Assembly: GCF_030643825.1 (NCBI RefSeq)
Contig: NZ_CP101717.1
Span: forward strand, 2,415,673-2,439,672
DNA: 24,000 nt
Source: Salinispirillum sp. LH 10-3-1
GTDB lineage: Bacteria; Pseudomonadota; Gammaproteobacteria; Pseudomonadales; Natronospirillaceae
Reading direction: 5' to 3'
The notes beneath the pieces were generated by a model, which worked only from the letters and a program-made list of their open reading frames with translations, had not been told where the DNA came from and did not search any database. Within the stretch, counting starts at the first letter, position 1. Each line of letters begins with the position of its first letter. The position numbers and the translations under genes were made by a program. Positions 17,525-24,000 of the stretch are shown in pieces.

Positions 17525-19261
17525 TCAGAATCCGCCGGTGCTGGTTACCATGGAGCCACTACCACCGGTGGTGACCACATTGTTCGCACCACCTTGCCAC
17601 TGAATACCAGCGGTCGGGTTTGCTTCTTCGCGCTTCACACACTTCCATTCAATCTGCGTGTTTTCCGGCAAACCGTTCACAGTAACCTGCCAGGTTGGGT
17701 AGTTGGCCGCTCCCATCTGCACGCCATTGGCTGGACTCCAGCTGCCTACTTCTGTGATGTTACCCACCACATAGACGCTCTGGCCCCAGTAAGTAGACCC
17801 GTTGTTGCAGGTGAAAGAAGCGGATGCACCACCACCCGTTGAAGGCGCTTTAAAGTTTTGGATGAACTGCGCGTAACGGTTGCGGCCGGTATTGTTGGCG
17901 GTCACATTGGACAGGCGCAATACGGTTAAGCCGTTGTAGCTCGTCCATGTAAAGGCGTTTTCAATGTTGTCCCAACCTGTATCGGTCTGAACTCCACCCG
18001 CTAAGGCATTTTCACCTTTCAAGTCGACGCCCAATGCACCGGCGGCATCACCCACCCAAAATACCAAGTCTTGCGCCCGCGAATAAGCCAAGGAGCCGCC
18101 ATCATAGTCCTGATTGTTCATTTCCAAGGCAGTGAAATGCAGTACGACGTTACGGCTCGGATCACTCCCGGTTTGCGTGGTGCTGATCATGCTGTTATAG
18201 CCGTGCCCAGTTGCGGGGATATTGATATTGATGTCGGTTGGAATCAGACCGGCGGTGATTTCTGGCACTCGGCGCATGCTGTCGCTTGGGTTGCCAATCT
18301 GCCAGTGAATACCAGGGATTTTCATACCCAACTCGATGTCGGACAACGGGCCATTGAATCCTTGCAGTGCAGCGTCGATCATGCGCGTACCGTGCTGAGT
18401 CAATGATTCGTGGTACCAGCGAATGAAATCGCGGCCGTACTGGGTGTACAGGTGGTCCTGATTATCAAAGAAGAAGCTGGCATTCGACGGTGGGTTGATT
18501 TGTCCCCAGCTGGTCAGACTAGTGCCCCAAGCATTGTTTAGTGTGGTCAGGTTGCCGTATCGGCCTTGTGCCCAGTTACGGAAGTCGGCGACCGCCAAAT
18601 TGCCGTACGCCTGCAAAGTACCGCGATTCGGGTAGTGCGCCAGGGGCGAAGCACCGTCGTGCTGATTGTAGGACGGATAACGCAATTCACCGGCTGGGCC
18701 CATGCTGATGTTCAGCTCAATGATATGGTCGGCCAAGTGGGCGTAGCGGTCTTCGAACGCCGCCATGAACTCAACGTACTGGTCGAGCACGAAGTCGTCG
18801 GCCCACAGCGATACGGTTTCGTAGGAGTAGTTGCCCAGTTCACTACGGTAGCGCAGGTCGTTTTCACTGATGCCCGGATTTTGGTTGGCCGCATGGCTCC
18901 AGAACCAACCAGGAATGGGGATATTGCAGTCGTCACCGACGTTACCACCGCACTGGTGAAACGACATAATGGGCACAATTTTTAGCCCGGCATTGATGAT
19001 GGTACTGAAGATCTGGTCGTAATAAGACCAGTCAAACTGGTTGTCGCCTGCTGCTTCAACCTTTCCCCACCAAACATCAACCGAGATGCCGTCGAGGCCA
19101 TAGCTGGCCGCTTCACCGAGCTGCCACTGAAAGTCGTTCCACTGGCTTTGGCTGGTCAGTTCCAGCGGTGCCATGGCGTTGGTGGTTTGCGCCAGGTCGG
19201 CCCAACTGGCCGAAGCAAAGACCACGGCGGTCGCCGCGACCAAACTTTTGAACTTGAGCAT
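17525..19261 (-). CDS. Secreted beta-amylase (GH14) with C-terminal CBM20 starch-binding domain
   Basis: GH14 signatures GISVDVWWGKVE, MSFHQCGGNVGD, GPAGELRYPSY (catalytic acid region) and HFTALEM (catalytic base region). C-terminal CBM20 pattern TYWGQSVYVVGNITEVGSWSP...YPTWQVTV...IEWKCVKR. Signal peptide MLKFKSLVAATAVVFASASWA. ATG at 19261 with AAGGTG 6 nt upstream is preferred over GTG at 19270. Confidence 0.9.
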   Translation of the reverse strand: MLKFKSLVAATAVVFASASWADLAQTTNAMAPLELTSQSQWNDFQWQLGEAASYGLDGISVDVWWGKVEAAGDNQFDWSYYDQIFSTIINAGLKIVPIMSFHQCGGNVGDDCNIPIPGWFWSHAANQNPGISENDLRYRSELGNYSYETVSLWADDFVLDQYVEFMAAFEDRYAHLADHIIELNISMGPAGELRYPSYNQHDGASPLAHYPNRGTLQAYGNLAVADFRNWAQGRYGNLTTLNNAWGTSLTSWGQINPPSNASFFFDNQDHLYTQYGRDFIRWYHESLTQHGTRMIDAALQGFNGPLSDIELGMKIPGIHWQIGNPSDSMRRVPEITAGLIPTDININIPATGHGYNSMISTTQTGSDPSRNVVLHFTALEMNNQDYDGGSLAYSRAQDLVFWVGDAAGALGVDLKGENALAGGVQTDTGWDNIENAFTWTSYNGLTVLRLSNVTANNTGRNRYAQFIQNFKAPSTGGGASASFTCNNGSTYWGQSVYVVGNITEVGSWSPANGVQMGAANYPTWQVTVNGLPENTQIEWKCVKREEANPTAGIQWQGGANNVVTTGGSGSMVTSTGGF

Positions 19262-19277
19262 GATGTGCACCTTAGAG

Positions 19278-19295
19278 TGTTATTGTTTTTATCAC
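19278..19295 (-). repeat. Copy B of the shared 18-nt leader motif (plus strand TGTTATTGTTTTTATCAC)
   Basis: 17/18 identical to 17417-17434. It lies 16 nt upstream of the beta-amylase ATG at 19261. Confidence 0.7.
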
Positions 19296-19439
19296 TACAC
19301 AGGTAAGAGTACGAATACGATCCTGCCGCACAAGGTTGAGGGGGGCGTATTTTGGGGGAGGAAATTCTACTCCCTTTGTTGAGATGAGCTGTGTTGCATC
19401 AATTAAAAACACCGCCAGAGCGCGCGCTGCAGCTCTCAA

Positions 19440-21245
19440 TCACCAAACCCAGTGCCGCAGGCGCAGCACCAGACGCTCGGCGTCTGATAAGGTGGCGCGT
19501 TCCGCCAGAACTTCGGCCAACACTTCCGGGCGGTCGGTGATGATGCCGTCCACCCCCATATCGAGAAAGCGAGACATCGAGCGGGCGTCGTTCAGCGTCC
19601 AGACATGCAACGCCTGCCCGTCTCGTCGCATCTCACGCAAGCGCGATGGCGTTACCGTGGCGTCGCGCAGGGCCAGAATGTCGAACGGCTGTCCGGCTTG
19701 CACGCCAATGGCACTGTGAACCAGCAAGCTGGTGCGCAGGCCCGGCTCTAAGCGCTTTGCTTCATGCAGTATGCTGGGGCTCAAAGCGGCCAAAATGGTT
19801 CGATCAACGTAATCCAAGGCTTGCAGCTCTGCCACCACATCGCGTGTTAAATTGGGCATTTGCGGGGCGGGCTTTATTTCTAAATAGAGTTGGGCTCGAT
19901 CGCCGATTAACTCAATGGCTGCGGCCAGGGTTGGAACGGGTTCACCACGAAATTCTGGTGCAAACCAGCTCCCGGCATCCATCGCCGCCAACTCGGCGTA
20001 AGGCACTTCCCAGATGGCCCGACGGTCACCGGCAACGCGCAATAAGTCGCGGTCGTGCAGCAACACCAGCACACCATCTGCGGTGGCCCGCACGTCCAGC
20101 TCAATGTAGTCCGCGCCATCTGCAATGGCGCGCTCGATGGCCGCCAAACTGTTTTCCGGGGCCAACCATGAGCTGCCGCGATGCGCAATGTTCAGCGCGG
20201 TGTCCTGCGGTTTGAAGGCCTGCACCGCATAGGCCAACTGCCCTAACGCCAGCGCCACCAACACCGCTTCAACCCCCCAAGTCAGCATGCCTACACGGCG
20301 TGGTTCGGTCGCGTCAGAGACGACAAAGGTCTTACCGCAGCTAAGCTTGTACAGTTTGAGGATGAGCATACTGTTGATACTCACGCCAAAGATGACCAGC
20401 AAGGCACCCAAAACAACGTAGCTGACGATGAGTGTAAGCAGAATAGGAATGAGCAGCGCATAGCGTTCTGGTACGGCGAGTAATACGCCACGGCCGAGTG
20501 CATCAAAACTGACCGACAACAATAACGGCATTAGGGCCACCAACCCAGCGACCGACAAGACACGCACCGCTACCTGCCAGCGCGAACCCTGTGTGAGTGT
20601 ATTGCTGCGCTGCAATGAGGCCCACGGCGAGCGGCCTTCCAACAACATGACGGGCAAGGCCAGAATCCAACGAAAGTACAGCCCGCTGTTGAGGGCCAGC
20701 ATGATCAACAACAGCGGTATGGCCATGGCAAAAAACCACCACAGCTCGGTGGGGCGGCCTTTGATCACGTAATAGATGTCATAACCGCCGAGTTGCCATT
20801 GAAAGGCCAACACTAAGAGCACCAACCAAGGCAAGGCTAACAGTGAATGTACAGCCACTTGTAAGCTGGCGAGCGGCAGTAACTTGGGGAGTCGGCGTGC
20901 CAACAGCCACAGCGCAGAGGCCGCCGAATGGTAATGCCCGTTAGCGCGGGGCGAAGCAATCAGCATCATCCCGGCGTGTTGCAGAAAAAAGAACACCGCC
21001 GCCAAGGTGCCAGAGACCAACACCCATAGCAGGCCAGCCGGTGTAATTAGAAAGCGCACCATGTCTTCGTTGCCGAGCATGGTGGCGCCACTGAGGCGCA
21101 CCAGTCCGCTCAGGAGCCAGGCAGAGAATGGGGCCAGGGTGCTCAGCGTCAACAGAGCAAAGTACACATGAAACGCCAGCAATGGCCGCCAATGGTAGCG
21201 AATGCTGGCGAGAATGGATTGTGCTAGGCGACGTGTTTGAATCAT
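19440..21245 (-). CDS. Membrane-anchored glycerophosphodiester phosphodiesterase (N-terminal polytopic GDPD membrane domain + C-terminal GDPD catalytic domain)
   Basis: About 340 aa with multiple TM helices, then the GDPD motifs AHRGSSWLAPENSLAAIERAIADGADYIELDV and LLHD. Confidence 0.87.
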   Translation of the reverse strand: MIQTRRLAQSILASIRYHWRPLLAFHVYFALLTLSTLAPFSAWLLSGLVRLSGATMLGNEDMVRFLITPAGLLWVLVSGTLAAVFFFLQHAGMMLIASPRANGHYHSAASALWLLARRLPKLLPLASLQVAVHSLLALPWLVLLVLAFQWQLGGYDIYYVIKGRPTELWWFFAMAIPLLLIMLALNSGLYFRWILALPVMLLEGRSPWASLQRSNTLTQGSRWQVAVRVLSVAGLVALMPLLLSVSFDALGRGVLLAVPERYALLIPILLTLIVSYVVLGALLVIFGVSINSMLILKLYKLSCGKTFVVSDATEPRRVGMLTWGVEAVLVALALGQLAYAVQAFKPQDTALNIAHRGSSWLAPENSLAAIERAIADGADYIELDVRATADGVLVLLHDRDLLRVAGDRRAIWEVPYAELAAMDAGSWFAPEFRGEPVPTLAAAIELIGDRAQLYLEIKPAPQMPNLTRDVVAELQALDYVDRTILAALSPSILHEAKRLEPGLRTSLLVHSAIGVQAGQPFDILALRDATVTPSRLREMRRDGQALHVWTLNDARSMSRFLDMGVDGIITDRPEVLAEVLAERATLSDAERLVLRLRHWVW

Positions 21246-21323
21246 TCGAGTCCTGTTTGTTTGCGGGTATGCCCGTTACAGAAAAGCCTCCGCACCACAC
21301 GCCGGCAGGTGTGAACGCCTGCC

Positions 21324-21821
21324 CTACGACAACTCGGTGATGGTTTCCAAACCTTTTAAGGTTTGCACCACCGCGTGCGCCGCTTCCTGCCCTTTCTTCA
21401 CGAAATGCTCGCGATAAAACTTCACATGCTCTTCATGACCATGGAAATCATGCGGGGTCAGCACCACAGAAAACACCGGCACATCGGTGTCGAGCTGCAC
21501 GCGCATCAGGCCGTCGATCACGGCGGTAGCGACAAAGTCGTGACGATAAATACCGCCATTTACCACCAAGCCTAGCGCAACAATCGCATCGTAGCGACCG
21601 GTTTCGGCCAAGCGTTTGGCGTGCAGTGGTATCTCAAACGCACCGGGCACAGCAAACTCGTCAACGGCAAGCGATACAGCGGATTGATCAAGCGTTTCCA
21701 CTAAGGACTGCCGCGCTTGGCCGACGATATCAGCATGCCACGAGGCGGATATGACCGCAATACGACCGGTGGAGTTGGACGCATTATGCGGTGTCGACGG
21801 GGTATTCTGAAACTGATTCAT
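21324..21821 (-). CDS. ribH: 6,7-dimethyl-8-ribityllumazine synthase, type II (RibH2, Brucella BLS-like)
   Basis: SASWHADIV, VPGAFEIPLHAKRLAETGRYDAIVALGLVVNGGIYRHDFVATAVIDGLMRVQL and VPVFSVVLTPHDFH are near-colinear with Brucella RibH2. ATG at 21821 with a GAGGAA ribosome-binding site. The track's longer ORF runs into the riboswitch. Confidence 0.92.
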   Translation of the reverse strand: MNQFQNTPSTPHNASNSTGRIAVISASWHADIVGQARQSLVETLDQSAVSLAVDEFAVPGAFEIPLHAKRLAETGRYDAIVALGLVVNGGIYRHDFVATAVIDGLMRVQLDTDVPVFSVVLTPHDFHGHEEHVKFYREHFVKKGQEAAHAVVQTLKGLETITELS

Positions 21822-21913
21822 GGGTTTCCTCATTAAGGGATAATTGACCAGAATCAGGGCACGCGAAAACACAGACAGACACCCACGGGGATGCCTGATC
21901 ATGCACGTCGCGA

Positions 21914-22075
21914 TCTCTTTCATCCGGACTGTAACCGTCGGCTCTGGCATCGCACCAGATCTGCTGACCCTCAGTTTCCCTAAGGAGACTAAGGCGCTCG
22001 CGGGCTCCTGTGTCTAGCAGCCTTTCGGACTGGGCACAGATACCGCCGGTGGGGAATTTCGCCCCGCCCTGAGAA
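21914..22075 (-). promoter_or_regulatory. FMN riboswitch (RFN element) aptamer controlling ribH2
   Basis: The minus strand reads TTCTCAGGGCGGGGCGAAATTCCCCACCGGCGGTA...AGCCCGCGAGCGCC...GGTCAGCAGATCTGGTGCGATGCCAGAGCCGACGGTTACAGTCCGGATGAAAGAGA. This matches the conserved cores of the E. coli ribB and B. subtilis ribD RFN elements almost base for base. Confidence 0.93.
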
Positions 22076-22104
22076 CGCTGCCGGACTTGTCGTCCGGCGG
22101 AGGC

Positions 22105-22132
22105 ATTCTAAAACAATGCCACACGATTACAA
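22105..22132 (-). promoter_or_regulatory. Candidate sigma70 promoter for the riboswitch-ribH2 transcript
   Basis: Minus strand TTGTAA (-35), 16-nt spacer, TAGAAT (-10), about 30 nt upstream of the aptamer 5' end. Sequence match only. Confidence 0.4.
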
Positions 22133-22168
22133 CCTAACACGCCTATAGAGTCCGCCTATAGGGAGCAT

Positions 22169-23290
22169 CTACATACAAAGCTGCGCGCCCGGCTCGCCAA
22201 CGGCCTCGTCACTGGCGATCATGGCCAGTGTGACACCCGGATGCACCATATAGGCATGACTCAGGTTGAACAGCAGTCCGCTGACGGGCGCTTCAACGGC
22301 AACGCGCTGCGGCGTTTCACGATCCAACAAAACGATGTCGGCAAAATGTTCACCTTGGCGTACGCGGCTGCCCAGCGGTTTATGATGCACCAGAATGCCG
22401 TTGGCCGTGCTCTGCACCAGTTTGACCTGCTCAACATCGAAGCGCTCGGGCGTACCGGCCATCGGCTGCGGCTCTGCCCCACTGTCTGACACAAAACCTT
22501 GGTGCTCCAGGAAGGCCAACAGACCTTCCGCATCTCGCTTAGCCAACGCATCGTTCACGTCCTGCACGCCACGCAACTCTAAGGTGGCCGCGAAACAAGG
22601 GCGCGCAAAGGGCGCCGAGGTCTTATCACCCAATACCACCCAAGGCTGTGTGTGGGTACCGTCGAAGGCAACCGTGCCCCGCACATCTTCTTCCAGACTC
22701 AAGGGAAAGCCCAAGCAGTGTGCCAAGGCTTGCCCCTGCTCTACTTGGTGTTTGCCGTAAAACAGATAGGGCATGGCACCAAAGTCGCAATGCAGATCCA
22801 GCATCACCGTCGCGTCAATCGACTCAGTCAACAAGGCTTTGTGCAGAGCATGCACTTCATATTCAGTCGTCTTCTCGCTCACCAGCGCACGCAACGCAGC
22901 GCGCACGAGCTGATCGTTGGCTGCAGCATCGTCGGTCAATTGCGGGGTTACGCGGGCCACCAGTTCTTCAGCCGACAACGCCATGCCACGGTTAAAGTTC
23001 TGCCCGGTAACCAGGTCGTAGCGACCAGGAAACACACCAAATACGCGCTGATTCATCCCCAGTGGATTGGCGTAAGGCACAACCCGGATGGTTTGGTGAA
23101 TTTTGCCCGCTTGCTCCAACTCCGCCAGTTTCTGCAACAGATGTTGCACTACCAGCAGGCCCGGCCATTCATCGGCATGCAGCCCGGCCTGAATATAAGC
23201 AATGTGCTCGCCCGCACCGAATTCATGCACCGTTAGGTAGCGTTCATGTCCCGGTGCCGGGGCGGTCAAAGGGATACGACGAACGCTCAT
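22169..23290 (-). CDS. Succinylglutamate desuccinylase/aspartoacylase (AstE/AspA, M14-like zinc deacylase) family protein
   Basis: Zinc-site pattern GLHADEWPG and LDLHCD, with family-typical length. ATG at 23290 with AGGAAC 7 nt upstream is preferred over the GTG at 23314. Confidence 0.83.
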   Translation of the reverse strand: MSVRRIPLTAPAPGHERYLTVHEFGAGEHIAYIQAGLHADEWPGLLVVQHLLQKLAELEQAGKIHQTIRVVPYANPLGMNQRVFGVFPGRYDLVTGQNFNRGMALSAEELVARVTPQLTDDAAANDQLVRAALRALVSEKTTEYEVHALHKALLTESIDATVMLDLHCDFGAMPYLFYGKHQVEQGQALAHCLGFPLSLEEDVRGTVAFDGTHTQPWVVLGDKTSAPFARPCFAATLELRGVQDVNDALAKRDAEGLLAFLEHQGFVSDSGAEPQPMAGTPERFDVEQVKLVQSTANGILVHHKPLGSRVRQGEHFADIVLLDRETPQRVAVEAPVSGLLFNLSHAYMVHPGVTLAMIASDEAVGEPGAQLCM

Positions 23291-23684
23291 AGTCCGTTCC
23301 TCATCATGTTTCACTCATCAATTTGGCAAAACGGGAGTTTACTGAGCTGTTGGGTAGGTGTCACTTTACGGATAAGTGCGCACTGTTGAACTATAGTATG
23401 ACTATCCCTTCGGAATTGAGCATCTTCGTTCCTAATCGACACAACTAGCGCCATTTAGCCATACAGTGCTATTTGGAATCAGGGGCTGCCATGCTGGCCC
23501 ATTTCGCGCAAAAGCCGCGCAAAGCCGCATGGTTGCTGACCATTCACGAAACGAATGCCGAAAATACGGCATATAAATTTTCGCTATACCCCTCATAGCG
23601 CATAGATTAAGCCCATCGACGGATCGCCGCTGAGCACCCAGCACCGCCGCGACGGACTTTAAACATAACTAGAAGGTAAATCAC

Positions 23685-24000
23685 ATGACATACCGTAACG
23701 ACATCGACTCAGTCGCCTCTGTTTTGAAGCAGAACCCAACGTGGAATGCCATCAAGCCCGAGCATGCGGCTCGCATGCGCGCCCAGAACAAATTCCAAAC
23801 TGGACTGGATATCGCCAAGTATACAGCGAAGATAATGCGTGAAGACATGGCCGCGTACGACAAAGACACGTCCAAGTACACTCAGTCTTTGGGTTGCTGG
23901 CACGGTTTCATCGGCCAACAGAAAATGATTTCTATCAAGAAGCATTTCCAAACCACCAAGCGCAGCTACCTGTACCTGTCTGGCTGGATGGTTGCCGCTC
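23685..24000 (+). CDS. aceA: Isocitrate lyase (long Pseudomonas-type AceA), 3'-truncated by the window edge
   Basis: My own translation gives MTYRNDIDSVASVLKQNPTWNAIKPEHAARMRAQNKFQTGLDIAKYTAKIMREDMAAYDKDTSKYTQSLGCWHGFIGQQKMISIKKHFQTTKRSYLYLSGWMVAA. It is colinear with P. aeruginosa AceA (TGLDIAKYTA, YTQSLGCWHGFIGQQK, YLYLSGWMVAA). It is absent from the ORF track because there is no stop codon in the window. Confidence 0.92.
   Translation, partial: MTYRNDIDSVASVLKQNPTWNAIKPEHAARMRAQNKFQTGLDIAKYTAKIMREDMAAYDKDTSKYTQSLGCWHGFIGQQKMISIKKHFQTTKRSYLYLSGWMVAA

Noticed and set aside
19356-19380. A hairpin GGGAG-N9-CTCCC followed by TTTGTT, which looks like an intrinsic terminator.
   Set aside because: The T-rich tail is on the plus strand, where no upstream gene exists. 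On the minus strand, downstream of the phosphodiesterase gene, the stem is followed by CCAAAA. It is only a 5-bp stem.
21822-21950. The N-terminal 43 codons of track ORF 21324-21950 (MPEPTVTVRMKEIATC...).
   Set aside because: This stretch overlaps the 3' half of the FMN riboswitch aptamer and its expression platform. Homology to RibH2 begins at the internal ATG at 21821, which has its own GAGGAA ribosome-binding site.
23432-23644. A 70-aa minus-strand ORF in the aceA upstream region.
   Set aside because: It has no ribosome-binding site, no recognisable motif and a composition atypical for coding sequence. It spans the repeats described in the findings.
1-24000. A scan for CRISPR repeats, IS or transposon ends, integrases, tRNA/rRNA genes, toxin-antitoxin pairs and known defence-gene signatures.
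   Set aside because: None found. There are no regularly spaced repeats and no recombinase or transposase-like translations. No cloverleaf-like sequences occur in the intergenic gaps, and no small paired ORFs lie outside the annotated genes.

Overview
This looks like an ordinary GC-rich chromosomal stretch, probably from a gammaproteobacterium (inference from protein similarities only). I found no integrase, transposase, IS ends, CRISPR array, tRNA or rRNA. On the plus strand, in order: betB (5'-truncated), betA, a YihY/BrkB-family membrane protein and a small TVP38/DedA-like membrane protein. Next is a four-gene, translationally coupled minus-strand operon: exported DUF547 protein, DinB-like protein, an NRDE/TANGO2-like domain fused to a PlsC-type acyltransferase, and an OlsB/GlsB-like N-acyltransferase. 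Then come mgtE and hemH on the plus strand. The minus strand then carries an enoyl-CoA hydratase-family gene, a methyl-accepting chemotaxis protein, a MalT-like LuxR regulator and a secreted GH14 beta-amylase with a CBM20 domain. It continues with a membrane-anchored glycerophosphodiester phosphodiesterase, a Brucella-type ribH2 behind a clear FMN riboswitch, and an AstE/AspA-family deacylase. The window ends with the 5' end of a Pseudomonas-type isocitrate lyase, which is missing from the ORF track because it runs off the window. The best candidate for something undescribed is the four-gene lipid-like operon, especially the NRDE/TANGO2::acyltransferase fusion next to an N-acyl amino acid synthase homologue. 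I see no defence-system or mobile-element signature. A second item worth checking is a 17/18-identical 18-nt motif just upstream of the start codons of both the MalT-like regulator and the beta-amylase. All protein-family calls come from motif recognition by eye and need HMM or BLAST confirmation.
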